From: Candidatus Acidiferrales bacterium
Lineage (GTDB): Bacteria; Acidobacteriota; Terriglobia; Acidiferrales; UBA7541
DNA length: 50,844 nucleotides
Direction of reading: 5' to 3'
Assembly (NCBI GenBank): GCA_030037225.1
Contig: JASHRU010000403.1
Span: forward strand, 1 to 50,844
In this document: piece after piece, positions 27,018 to 36,368 of the stretch
How the letters are laid out: every line of letters begins with the position of its first letter
Numbering within the stretch: the stretch's first letter is position 1
Made by a program: the position numbers and the translations under genes
The notes under the pieces: model-generated
Database searches by the model: none
What the model saw: only the letters and a program-made list of their open reading frames with translations
Told to the model about the DNA's origin: nothing

Positions 27018-29135
27018 ATGAGACAGGTCGCCCAAAATCTGCGCAGCGGCGAAATTGCCATCGCTGAGGTTCCCGCTCCGGCCCTTCGCGGTCCGGGCGT
27101 TCTTGTTGCCACTTCCTACTCGGTGCTCAGCCCCGGAACCGAGCGCGCCGCCGTCGAGCTTGGCAAGGCCACGCTGCTCGGCAAAGCGCTTCGCCGTCCC
27201 GATCAGGTCCGAAAAGTTCTCGACACTTTCCGTCGCGAAGGCCTCGCCTCCACGCTCCGCAAAGTGCGCGACCGTTTGGACGTGGACCGTCCACTCGGAT
27301 ACAGCTCTGCTGGCGTTGTTCTCGAATCCCGCGACGCACCCTTTGCCCCCGGCGATCGCGTCGCGTGCGCCGGTACCGACTCGGCTACCCACGCAGAAAT
27401 CAATTTTATTCCGCGTAATCTCTGTGCAGGCGTTCCCGACGGAGTTGCGCTGGACCAGGCCGCATTCGCTGCTCTCGGCGCCATTGCACTGCACGCCCTT
27501 CGCCTTGGGGAGCCTGCTCTCGGCGAAGACGTTGCCGTAATTGGCCTCGGTATGGTTGGACTCATTCTCGCGCAGGCCTTGCGCGCCGCCGGCTGCCGTG
27601 TCACCGGCTTCGATCTGCGTGCGGATCGTCTCGCTGCGGCCTCCCGTGTCGGCGTGGACCACATTTCCGTCGCCTCGCCCGAAGCCCTCGGTGAGTCGTC
27701 CATTCGCGGCGGCCTGTTCGACCGCGTGTTCCTGTGCGCCGCCTCGCGCAGCTCCGAGCCCGTTGAATTCGCGGTTTCCGCCGCTCGCGACCGCGCGCGG
27801 ATCGTCATCGTCGGCGATGTCCGCACCGATTTCCCGCGCAACGCCTGTTACGAAAAAGAGCTGAGCATCGTCTATGCGCGTTCCTATGGGCCGGGTCGCT
27901 ACGATCCCGCCTACGAGGAGCAGGGCCACGATTATCCCCGGGCCTATGTCCCATGGACGGCGCAGCGCAATATCGAAGCGTTTCTCAATCTAATTGCTCG
28001 CCGCCAGATGGAGCTCGCACCGCTCATCACCCACCGCCTGCCCATCATGGAAGCCGCTCGCGCCTACGAGATTGTCTCCAGCAGCGAGCCCTCACTCGGC
28101 GTGGTTATCGAATATCCCGCCGCCCAGCCCGCGAACCAGAAAACGATCGAGCTGCGCTCTCGCCCTCCGCGTCAGCCGGGCACACTCGGTCTTAGTTGGA
28201 TCGGTGCCGGCAGTTACGCGGTCATCTCCTTGCTTCCCCATCTTGTCGCGGATCATCGTCTCCGCTTGCTCCAAGTTGCAAACACTCGCGGCCTTTCCGC
28301 AAAGCGCGTCGCCGACCAATTCGCCTTCGCCGCCTGTTCCTCTGATCCCTCCGTCATTTTCGCCGACCCGGATTGCGACGCTGTTTTCATTACCACTCGC
28401 CACAGTCTTCATGCCCGCCTCGTGGAAGCTGCACTGGATGCCGGTAAATCCGTTTACGTCGAAAAGCCTTTGTGCGTGACTCTCGAAGAACTCGACGCCC
28501 TCGAGTCCGCTTGGAAACGTCATCCCCTCCCTGTTGTTGTTGGTTTTAATCGCCGCTGGGCTCCTGCCACTCTGGCCGTCCGCAAGTTCCTCGCTGGGGA
28601 CGCGCGCGACCCGCTTCGCATTCGCTACACAGTCCGCGCTGGCGTTCTTCCCGCTGATCACTGGCTCTCCGACCCGGTCGAAGGCGGTCGCATCGTCGGC
28701 GAAGCTTGTCACTTTGTCGATTGGTGCATGGCTCTGGTCGCCGCCCCTCTCGACCGCCTGTTCGCCAGTCTGCGTGGTGCCGCGCCGAACCACTCGCTGC
28801 AAGCTACGCTGGACTTTTCTGGCGGCAGCCAGGCTTCCATCGCGTACGATTCCTCGCCCGCTCACAGCCTGCCGAAGGAGCACATTGAAGTTTCTTCTGG
28901 CAACCGAATCGCCATCATCGAAGATTTTCGTTCGGTCACATTTCATTCCGCTAAGGGCCGCAAACGCTGCTATTTCCATGGCAAAGGGCAGCAGGAAATG
29001 CTCGCCTCGGCGATCGGAGGATTTCTTGCCGGTCGCGCGCCACAGCCTTTTGCAGATGCCGTCGCCTCCACCCGCGCCACTCTCAAACTCCTGGAATCCG
29101 CCTCCTCCGGTCTTACCGTCTTTTTCGACGCCTGA
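27018..29135 (+). CDS. Bi-domain oxidoreductase (MDR/Zn-ADH-like N-domain fused to Gfo/Idh/MocA C-domain)
   Basis: N-terminal half: VLVATSYSVLSPGTE and the Rossmann motif VAVIGLGMVGLILAQ. C-terminal half: LSWIGAGSYA, the EKPLCVT motif and GFNRRWAP, typical of Gfo/Idh/MocA. The ATG directly abuts the upstream TAG. Confidence 0.85.
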   Translation: MRQVAQNLRSGEIAIAEVPAPALRGPGVLVATSYSVLSPGTERAAVELGKATLLGKALRRPDQVRKVLDTFRREGLASTLRKVRDRLDVDRPLGYSSAGVVLESRDAPFAPGDRVACAGTDSATHAEINFIPRNLCAGVPDGVALDQAAFAALGAIALHALRLGEPALGEDVAVIGLGMVGLILAQALRAAGCRVTGFDLRADRLAAASRVGVDHISVASPEALGESSIRGGLFDRVFLCAASRSSEPVEFAVSAARDRARIVIVGDVRTDFPRNACYEKELSIVYARSYGPGRYDPAYEEQGHDYPRAYVPWTAQRNIEAFLNLIARRQMELAPLITHRLPIMEAARAYEIVSSSEPSLGVVIEYPAAQPANQKTIELRSRPPRQPGTLGLSWIGAGSYAVISLLPHLVADHRLRLLQVANTRGLSAKRVADQFAFAACSSDPSVIFADPDCDAVFITTRHSLHARLVEAALDAGKSVYVEKPLCVTLEELDALESAWKRHPLPVVVGFNRRWAPATLAVRKFLAGDARDPLRIRYTVRAGVLPADHWLSDPVEGGRIVGEACHFVDWCMALVAAPLDRLFASLRGAAPNHSLQATLDFSGGSQASIAYDSSPAHSLPKEHIEVSSGNRIAIIEDFRSVTFHSAKGRKRCYFHGKGQQEMLASAIGGFLAGRAPQPFADAVASTRATLKLLESASSGLTVFFDA

Positions 29136-29387
29136 ATCCGCTCCAGCGCTTGGCTCCTGTCCGCGTTCTCTCCTTTCTCTCTGCTGGCTCTTGATGGGCC
29201 GGTTTTTGTACTGGCGCCCCTTTTTCCTTGCCGTTCATTCCCTTGACATTGCACGCGCGAATAGGCATTTCCACGATCGCGAAAAATATCCTTCGCGGAG
29301 AAATGCTGGGCGCCAACCCTTGAATGAAGAATTGAGAAGCAGATTGCCGAAAGACGATAAGGTTGGATGTCGGGGCTGCGCGAAGAA

Positions 29388-30374
29388 TTAGCCCGCAATT
29401 TCTTGATGGCCGCTGCCTGTCTGCACCTGACCTCTTCTTTCCTTCTCAACTTGTGCCTTGAAATACCCCAGCGTGCGCCGGAGCCCTTCTTCGAGAGTTA
29501 CTTTTGGTTCCCAGCCCAGCAGCCTCTTCGCCTTCGTGATGTCGGGACAACGCTGCTTCGGATCGTCCTGGGGAAGCGGCTTGAAAGCGATCTCCGACGC
29601 CGAGCCGATTAGCGCCTTCACCTGCTGCGCAAATTCCAGAATTGTGATTTCCCGCGGGTTCCCGATGTTCATGGGCAGGTGCTCGTCCGACTGCATCAGC
29701 CGGTAGATACCTTCCACCAGATCGCTCACGTAACAGAAACTCCTCGTCTGCGATCCGTCGCCATACACGGTGATCGGTGCGCCCGTCAGCGCTTGGTAGA
29801 TGAAGTTGGGAAGTGCGCGCCCGTCGTTCAGCCGCATCCGGGGGCCGTAGGTGTTGAAAATGCGTGCGATTCGCGTGTCCACTCCGTGCCAGCGGTGATA
29901 GGCCATGGTCATCGCTTCCGCATATCGCTTTGCCTCGTCGTAGACCCCGCGCGGACCGATCGGGTTCACGTTTCCCCAGTACGTTTCCGGCTGTGGCGAC
30001 ACCAGTGGATCGCCGTAGCATTCTGACGTGGACGCCAGCAGGAATTTCGCCTTCTTCGCCATCGCTAGTCCCAGCGAGTTGTGGGTTCCCAGCGCGCCCA
30101 CCTTCAGCGTCTGGATAGGCAGCCGCGCGTAGTCCACAGGGCTGGCCGGCGAGGCGAAGTGGAGCACGTAATCCACCGGCCCTGAGACGTCGATGTACAG
30201 GCTCGCATCGTGCCTCTGCACGCGGAAGTGTTGGTTTCCCACCAGATGCGCGATGTTCTGCTCCGCGCCCGTCACCAGGTTGTCCACGCACAGCACGTCC
30301 CAAGAGTCGTCCAATAGCTTTTCGCAGAGGTGCGACCCGAGAAATCCCGCCCCACCGGTTATGACGGCGCGCAT
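29388..30374 (-). CDS. UDP-glucuronate decarboxylase (UDP-xylose synthase, SDR family)
   Basis: [17 protein letters not shown], the catalytic YDEAKR and overall UXS-like sequence. I prefer the ATG at 30374 over the GTG at 30377. Confidence 0.88.
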   Translation of the reverse strand: MRAVITGGAGFLGSHLCEKLLDDSWDVLCVDNLVTGAEQNIAHLVGNQHFRVQRHDASLYIDVSGPVDYVLHFASPASPVDYARLPIQTLKVGALGTHNSLGLAMAKKAKFLLASTSECYGDPLVSPQPETYWGNVNPIGPRGVYDEAKRYAEAMTMAYHRWHGVDTRIARIFNTYGPRMRLNDGRALPNFIYQALTGAPITVYGDGSQTRSFCYVSDLVEGIYRLMQSDEHLPMNIGNPREITILEFAQQVKALIGSASEIAFKPLPQDDPKQRCPDITKAKRLLGWEPKVTLEEGLRRTLGYFKAQVEKERRGQVQTGSGHQEIAG

Positions 30375-30480
30375 CACTTCCGTTCAATTTGGTCTTGCTG
30401 GATCATTCGATCTTGTCGCTTGCCCATCTGGCTGCGAAACGCGGAGATCATACAGGAACGCCCGGCTACTCTTGAGGAGA

Positions 30481-30497
30481 AAACGCGCCTCGCGTTT
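30481..30497 (-). terminator. Possible intrinsic terminator after the GT2 gene
   Basis: On the minus strand AAACGCG-AGG-CGCGTTT is followed by TCTCCTC. The stem is 7 bp and the U-tract is only partial. Confidence 0.3.
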
Positions 30498-30575
30498 CGT
30501 CTACGGGATTGTGCAACCCTTTCCAGGGACGCGGCCCCTGAGGTCGCTTCTCCACTCTCATCTGCCTACTGCCCC

Positions 30576-32207
30576 TCAAAAACTCGGCGCACCCGTCGCC
30601 GCTGGCCGAGTCTCTCCAGACGCGAGTCCAAACCGCATCCGTTCGAGATAACCCTGTCCCAGCGACATTGCGCCGGTATATGCGTAGCCTCCCACGAACA
30701 GCAGCAGGAACGGCACAGTCGCGTAGTTTTCGTTCTGCAACGAATAGGCAACCGCGAAAGCAAAATAAAGCCCTAGTGCCACCTCGAGCCACGGCATCCA
30801 GCCCGAACGCCGGCGATACGCCTTTGCAATCCAGTTCTCTCGCTGGGCACCCTCGATCCGGTATTTTGGCGTGCGCACGAACTCCGATTGAATTCCCAGC
30901 ATCGCTTCTATTACGGCAATTGAGTTGCGCACGCCGATTCCGATTCCCAGCGCCATCACGAACGGCAGATAGAGAATGCTTCGCTTCCATGTCTTCGGGT
31001 AGATCTCACGCTGCGACATGAGGTAGAAGCTCGATATCGAGCACGTCGAGGCCAGGAACAGGGGCAGATCGATAGCCAGCACCTGCAGCCATCCCTGGTA
31101 AAACCTCACGATCATCGCGGGAAGCAGCAGCGTCGAAAGCAGCATCATCAGCGGATAACTGATGTTCGCCGTGAGGTGGAAAAACGCCTCGGCTTTGATG
31201 TGGAAGGGTATTTGCGCCCGCAGAATCCGCGGCAAGCTCTTCCGAGCCACCTGCGTCAAGCCCTTCGCCCATCGTGCCTGTTGCGATTTAAAGGAATTCA
31301 TGTCCACCGGCAATTCCGAAGGGCATTCCAGGTCCATCAGGTAGAGGAATTTCCAGCCCCGAAGCTGCGCGCGGTATGATAAGTCGGTGTCTTCAGTCAG
31401 TGTGTCGTGTTCCCAACCTCCCGCGTCCTCGATGGCCGCCCGCCGCCACACGCCTGCTGTGCCGTTGAAGTTGAAGAAGCTGCCCTCCCGGTATCTCCCG
31501 CCGTGCTCCATCACAAAGTGGCCGTCCAGGAGGATTGCTTCCACTTCGCTTAGCGACGAGTAGTGCCGGTTCATGTACGTCCATCGCGCCTGGACCATCC
31601 CGATTTTTTCCTCTTGAAAATAGGGAATCGTCCGGCGCAGGAAATCCGGGTTCGGTTGGAAGTCTGCGTCAAAAATGGCGATGAACTCCCCTGTGGCCGT
31701 CTTCATCCCTTCCTTGAGAGCGCCGGCCTTGAACCCATCCCGGTTCTCGCGGTGCATGTACTGGATGTTCAGGCCCAGCGCTTGGAATCGTTCCACGCAG
31801 GCACGCGCCACATCAACAGTCTCGTCCGTCGAATCGTCCAGCACCTGGATCTCGACCTGTTCGCGCGGATAATCCATCCGCGACATGGCCTCCAACAGAC
31901 GCTCCACTACGTATCTTTCGTTGAAGATGGGAAGCTGTATGGTAACCTTTGGCCACTCCGATTGTGCAGGCGGAGGCCCCGGTTCCACGTGTCGGTGTTT
32001 GAAATAATTATAGACCAGCCAGTAGCGATGGCTTCCGTACGCGGCCAGTACCACGAGCACAGCAAAGTACGGCAGCATGATGGCCAGGTCGAATCCGTTC
32101 GGCTGGTAGAGGCCGCGAAACGTTTTGTCCGTCAACCGCTGCCACACCGTGGAGAGCGGACCCTGTGCCCCGGCCAGCCAAATTCCCAGGCTGAAGAGTG
32201 AATTCAC
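30576..32207 (-). CDS. Processive-type GT2 membrane glycosyltransferase (CesA/CslA/NodC-like)
   Basis: Motifs QVLDDSTDET, IAIFDADF, TEDTDLS and QQARWAKG (QxxRW), with TM segments at both the N- and C-terminus. 543 aa. Confidence 0.85.
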   Translation of the reverse strand: MNSLFSLGIWLAGAQGPLSTVWQRLTDKTFRGLYQPNGFDLAIMLPYFAVLVVLAAYGSHRYWLVYNYFKHRHVEPGPPPAQSEWPKVTIQLPIFNERYVVERLLEAMSRMDYPREQVEIQVLDDSTDETVDVARACVERFQALGLNIQYMHRENRDGFKAGALKEGMKTATGEFIAIFDADFQPNPDFLRRTIPYFQEEKIGMVQARWTYMNRHYSSLSEVEAILLDGHFVMEHGGRYREGSFFNFNGTAGVWRRAAIEDAGGWEHDTLTEDTDLSYRAQLRGWKFLYLMDLECPSELPVDMNSFKSQQARWAKGLTQVARKSLPRILRAQIPFHIKAEAFFHLTANISYPLMMLLSTLLLPAMIVRFYQGWLQVLAIDLPLFLASTCSISSFYLMSQREIYPKTWKRSILYLPFVMALGIGIGVRNSIAVIEAMLGIQSEFVRTPKYRIEGAQRENWIAKAYRRRSGWMPWLEVALGLYFAFAVAYSLQNENYATVPFLLLFVGGYAYTGAMSLGQGYLERMRFGLASGETRPAATGAPSF

Positions 32208-32299
32208 CTTCCGTGGTCTCCCGCCAAAATTCTTCCCACTCTCATTCGCCCTTCCCGCCTGCCTTTGCCGGCGCCGCGGCGCTCGAAGCCGCGTTCCTC

Positions 32300-33538
32300 A
32301 TGCTTCGGCGCCTCAACGATCTAAAGATGCAGGTCATCGAAACGATCCTCGTCGGACTCGCCGCTGGCATCGTCTATTTCGTCGCGCTCTATTTTCTCGA
32401 GCGCGCCGCGGATCGTCGCGGGCTTCTTTGGACCATCCTCGCCGCCGCGTTCCTTTTTCGTTTCACGCTCGTCTCGCTCGAGCCCAGCCTCTCCGATGAT
32501 CTCTACCGTTACCGCTGGGACGGCCTCATCCAGCGCGCCGGCTGGAACCCCTATGCGATTGCGCCAGACGACTCTCGCCTGGTTGGCTACCGCGATGGTT
32601 ACTGGCCCCGCGTCTCGAACCAGGAGATGCCGAACATCTATCCGCCGGTCACGGAGCTGGTGTTGCGTGGCACCGCAGCGGTTTCCTCCAGGCTGCTGGC
32701 CTTCAAAACTCCTATGCTCGTCGCAGAATCCCTTCTGATTGCCCTCCTGGCGTTTTGGGTCCGCCGCTCGCGCCGAAGGGAGTATACGCTCGCCGTTTAT
32801 GCGTGGAATCCGTTGGTGGTCGTCGAATTCGCAGCAAGCGGGCATAACGACGCGCTGGCCATGCTGTTTTCCGCTGCCGCGCTCTTTTTGATTATAGAGA
32901 GGCGCATAGTGCTGTCAACGCTGGCTCTCGGCGCGGCGGTCCTGGCGAAGTTTTTTCCCATCCTGCTCGCCCCGCTCTGGCTGCGCCGCATGGGTTGGCC
33001 GCGCAATTCGCGCTCGTGGACGGCCTTGGGACTCACTTTGGGCCTCGCCGCTGCCACCTGGTGGCCCTACCGGGCCGCTTGGCCCGGCGTCCTTGGTCTC
33101 TTTCAACCGTACCGCAGGCATTGGGTGAACAACGCGAGTCTCTTCTCGGTTCTCAAGTGGTTCAGCGGTTCCGACGACTGGGCCTGGGGCATCGGCGTGG
33201 GCATCGTCGCCGGCATCGCGCTCTGGGCCGCGTTCCGCAACGCGGAGCCGCTCCGCGCTGCCTATCTGCTGTTCGGCGCCGTACCGCTCCTCTCCCAGAA
33301 CGCCTTCTCCTGGTATTTCCTTTGGGTCGTTCCTCTCCTCGTCTTCTTTCCAAATCCCGCGTGGCTCCTGCTCACCGTCCTCCAGTTTCTCTCCTATCAT
33401 GTGCTGATTGGATATGGCATCAACGGCGACTGGAAATTCGATCCGTTTTTTCTCTGGCTGGAGTACGGGCCGTTCTTTGCGCTATTACTCTGGCAGGCGT
33501 TCTGTTCGGGCAGGCCTTCACGCGGCTCGGCAGCGTGA
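32300..33538 (+). CDS. GT-C fold membrane glycosyltransferase, GT87/DUF2029 (PIG-M-like mannosyltransferase) type
   Basis: SLSDDLYRYRWDG, NIYPPVTELV and WNPLVVVEFAASGHNDALAM, with about 9-10 TM segments. The ORF-track start at 32198 would overlap the divergent gene. ATG at 32300 (or 32327) is more plausible. Confidence 0.7.
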   Translation: MLRRLNDLKMQVIETILVGLAAGIVYFVALYFLERAADRRGLLWTILAAAFLFRFTLVSLEPSLSDDLYRYRWDGLIQRAGWNPYAIAPDDSRLVGYRDGYWPRVSNQEMPNIYPPVTELVLRGTAAVSSRLLAFKTPMLVAESLLIALLAFWVRRSRRREYTLAVYAWNPLVVVEFAASGHNDALAMLFSAAALFLIIERRIVLSTLALGAAVLAKFFPILLAPLWLRRMGWPRNSRSWTALGLTLGLAAATWWPYRAAWPGVLGLFQPYRRHWVNNASLFSVLKWFSGSDDWAWGIGVGIVAGIALWAAFRNAEPLRAAYLLFGAVPLLSQNAFSWYFLWVVPLLVFFPNPAWLLLTVLQFLSYHVLIGYGINGDWKFDPFFLWLEYGPFFALLLWQAFCSGRPSRGSAA

Positions 33539-33552
33539 GGGAATGTGCATTC

Positions 33553-34287
33553 TCATCGTCTCGGCATGCTGAACATTCTGTCGTCAATCGGCGGGTTGAT
33601 TTCGATCCTCTGGATCGTCATCGTGCTCCGTTCCGGCCGGCCGCGCATCACGCTCACGATCGTGTGGGCGAACATCACGCCGCCTTCGCTGCGGTAATCG
33701 CCGAGCGTCTGCTCGATGGCCGATGGCTTCCCGTCCATCGTCCCCAATATGTCTTGTCGAACTTCGAGATACGTTCGCGTATCGATGTATTGGTACTGCG
33801 TGTGGCCGGTGTGCAGTGTCACTTTCAGTTTGTAGCACGGCCTGTCTTCCACCGTTTGCGTTCCGGCGAGCTCCACGCGGCTGCCCTTCGTGGCGTAATC
33901 GGCCAGCACCCCGTCTATCGCGTTCTCCGCGTCGTCGCGCAATTCGTCTAGGTCCCCGCCGGTCAATGACCGCGCCGACGCCCCGCGGGGCCCTGGGTTC
34001 TGTATCCATCCGGATCGTCCGTCGTATGCCTTGATGGATCGGCCTTGTCCCATGGACAATTCCTCCCGGAGCTGGCTGGGACGCAAAAGGTAAACCCGTA
34101 GCGGCGTGCCCCTCCCGTCTGGCGTGCTCACGCTGTCCGTCATCACCATCGACCGGATCGTGCGCAGCTTTTCGATTCCTCCGCGTGCCGCAAGATTCTT
34201 CGCGATGATTTCGTCTGCCGTCTGCGCCGAGGCGCTCACGCAAATCCCTGCGCTGATCGCCAGCGCCAAAAGGCACGCTTTCGTCAT
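33553..34287 (-). CDS. Secreted outer-membrane lipoprotein-sorting (LolA-like fold) protein
   Basis: Signal peptide MTKACLLALAISAGICVSASAQ, then ADEIIAKNLAARGGIEKLRTIRSMVMT, typical of this family. GAGG RBS 7 nt upstream of the start. Confidence 0.7.
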   Translation of the reverse strand: MTKACLLALAISAGICVSASAQTADEIIAKNLAARGGIEKLRTIRSMVMTDSVSTPDGRGTPLRVYLLRPSQLREELSMGQGRSIKAYDGRSGWIQNPGPRGASARSLTGGDLDELRDDAENAIDGVLADYATKGSRVELAGTQTVEDRPCYKLKVTLHTGHTQYQYIDTRTYLEVRQDILGTMDGKPSAIEQTLGDYRSEGGVMFAHTIVSVMRGRPERSTMTIQRIEINPPIDDRMFSMPRR

Positions 34288-34296
34288 GGGTAACCT

Positions 34297-35448
34297 CTAG
34301 GTAGTGAGAGTGACCAGAGTGGCGCTGGGATGCTTTCCGACCGGAGGCAGTTTCGTGCGGTCCACGGGACGGTACAGCGTGTCTCGTTCCACGGGCTGGA
34401 AACCAGCTTCGCGGATCAACCGTTCCAGCTCGCCGCGCGTCAGTTCCTGCGGCGTGGTCGCGCCGGCGTCGTGGTAGATTTTTTCCTCGATTACCGTCCC
34501 GTCCATGTCGTTCGCCCCGAATTTCAGCGCGATCTGAGCGATTCGCGGCGTCAGCATGATCCAATACGCTTTGATGTGTTCGAAATTGTCCAGCAGCAGC
34601 CGCGACACGGCGATGCATTTCAGATCGTCGTACCCCGTCGGTTTCGGCAGGTGCGCCAGCGCCGTGTTCTCCGGGTGGAATTCCAGCGGGATAAACGCAA
34701 CAAACCCGTGCGTTTCGTCCTGGAGTTGTCGCAACAGCAGCAGGTGCTCCACCCGTTCCTCCAGCGTTTCGATGTGGCCGAACAGCATCGTTGCGTTCGA
34801 CCTCAGCCCCAGTGCGTGCGCCGTTCGTGCGATGTCCAGCCACTGTCGCCCGCTGGTTTTGTGGTCGCAGATCACTTTCCGCACCCGCGGATTGAAGATC
34901 TCTGCTCCGCCGCCCGGCATGGAATCCACTCCTGCCTCCTTCAGTTTCACCAGCACGTCGCGGACGGAAAGCTTCGTCATGCGCGAGAGGTAGCCGATCT
35001 CCACCATCGTGAACACTTTCAGATGTACGTGCGGAAATCGCTGCTTCAGGCCCCGTATCAGATCGAGGTAATACTCGAACGGCAGGTCAGGATGCAGCCC
35101 TCCGACGATGTGAAACTCCGTTGCCCCTTCGGCCACGCCTTCGGCCGCCCGCTGCCACACCTCATCAAGCGCATAGGTATAAGCCCCGGGCACGTCTGGC
35201 GACCGTCCGAACGCGCACAGCCGGCAGTGCGCCGTACACACGTTCGTTGGATTGATGTGCCGGTTGATGTTGAAGTACGTCGTTTTCCCGTGCCGCTTCT
35301 CGCGCTCGTGGTTTGCCAGCCACCCCACCGCCAGCAGGTCCGCTGAGCGGTAGAGCGCGAGCCCGTCGGCCGCGTCCAGCCGTTCTCCCGCGAAAACTTT
35401 TTTCGCGACCGGCTCCAGCCCCACGTCGGCGATGTGAAGTTCAGACAT
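34297..35448 (-). CDS. Radical SAM menaquinone-biosynthesis enzyme, MqnE/MqnC family (aminofutalosine synthase MqnE favoured)
   Basis: The CxxxCxxC cluster sits in NRHINPTNVCTAHCRLCAF. The context with a UbiA-like prenyltransferase and UbiX fits this family. The MqnE versus MqnC assignment is from memory of the NRHIN versus DRNIN patterns only. Confidence 0.8.
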   Translation of the reverse strand: MSELHIADVGLEPVAKKVFAGERLDAADGLALYRSADLLAVGWLANHEREKRHGKTTYFNINRHINPTNVCTAHCRLCAFGRSPDVPGAYTYALDEVWQRAAEGVAEGATEFHIVGGLHPDLPFEYYLDLIRGLKQRFPHVHLKVFTMVEIGYLSRMTKLSVRDVLVKLKEAGVDSMPGGGAEIFNPRVRKVICDHKTSGRQWLDIARTAHALGLRSNATMLFGHIETLEERVEHLLLLRQLQDETHGFVAFIPLEFHPENTALAHLPKPTGYDDLKCIAVSRLLLDNFEHIKAYWIMLTPRIAQIALKFGANDMDGTVIEEKIYHDAGATTPQELTRGELERLIREAGFQPVERDTLYRPVDRTKLPPVGKHPSATLVTLTT

Positions 35449-35457
35449 CCTCGTTCG

Positions 35458-36336
35458 CTATCGTCCCACCCACAGCGCGGTGCCCCACGACACAAAGAAC
35501 AGAATACTAATAAAGCCGTTCGTTGTAAAAAATGCTGCGTCCAAGCGGGAGAGGTCGTTCGGCCCCACCAGCGAATGCTCATACACCAGCAGTCCTGCCA
35601 CTGCCGCAACTCCCGCCCATGCTGGCCAGGCCAGTTGGAAACTCCACGCCAGCCACCCCAGCAGCGCCACAACGCAAATGTGCATCACTCGTGCCATCCA
35701 CAGTGCCTGCCCCACTCCGAATCGTTCGGGAATAGAATGCAGTCCTGCACCGCGGTCGAATTCCAAATCCTGCAGCGCGTAAAGCACATCGAACCCCGCC
35801 ACCCAAAGCGTCACGGCACCGCAGAGCACAACCATGCGCCAGTCGAGTGACCCCGTCACCGCTATCCATGCTGCCGCCGGGGCAATTCCCAGGCAGAACC
35901 CAAGCACCAGATGCGAGTACGCGGTAAACCGCTTCGTGTACGAATAGAGAAAAAGCGCCGCTAGGGCCACCGGCGAAAGCGTCAATGCCAGCCGGTTCAG
36001 CTTCCACGCAGCGAACACGAGCACTGCTGAACTCACCAGTGCGAAGACCCAGGCGAAACGCAGCGTGAGCGCTCCGGTTACCAGCGCCCGGCCGGCCGTG
36101 CGCGGGTTCCGCCGGTCGTATTCCACGTCCACGATGCGATTTGTCGTCATCGCCGCGGAGCGCGCTCCCACCATGGCCGCCACGATCCAACCGATTTGCC
36201 GCCACTCCGGCCACCCCGGCCCTGCGTAGCGCGCCGCCAGCAGCGCCCCGGTCAGCGCAAAGGGCAGCGCGAACACCGAGTGTTCGAATTTAATCATCAC
36301 CAGTGTGGTGCGGATTTTATCGAGCAGCGTAGCCAT
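35458..36336 (-). CDS. UbiA-family aromatic prenyltransferase (MqnP/4-hydroxybenzoate polyprenyltransferase-like)
   Basis: The start moves to the ATG at 36336, giving MATLLDKIRTTLVMIKFEHSVFALPFALTGALLA. Asp-rich motifs NRIVDVEYDRRNPRT and DLEFDRGAGLHS, with about 8 TM segments. The longer ORF-track N-terminus overlaps ubiX. Confidence 0.85.
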   Translation of the reverse strand: MATLLDKIRTTLVMIKFEHSVFALPFALTGALLAARYAGPGWPEWRQIGWIVAAMVGARSAAMTTNRIVDVEYDRRNPRTAGRALVTGALTLRFAWVFALVSSAVLVFAAWKLNRLALTLSPVALAALFLYSYTKRFTAYSHLVLGFCLGIAPAAAWIAVTGSLDWRMVVLCGAVTLWVAGFDVLYALQDLEFDRGAGLHSIPERFGVGQALWMARVMHICVVALLGWLAWSFQLAWPAWAGVAAVAGLLVYEHSLVGPNDLSRLDAAFFTTNGFISILFFVSWGTALWVGR

Positions 36337-36368
36337 GACCGGAAGTGTTCCGCGCGGCGGAGCGGACG

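Noticed and set aside
33541-33552. The palindrome GAATGTGCATTC exactly between two convergent stop codons, as a bidirectional terminator.
   Set aside because: It has only a 5-bp stem, a 2-nt loop and no U-tracts, which is too weak to call.
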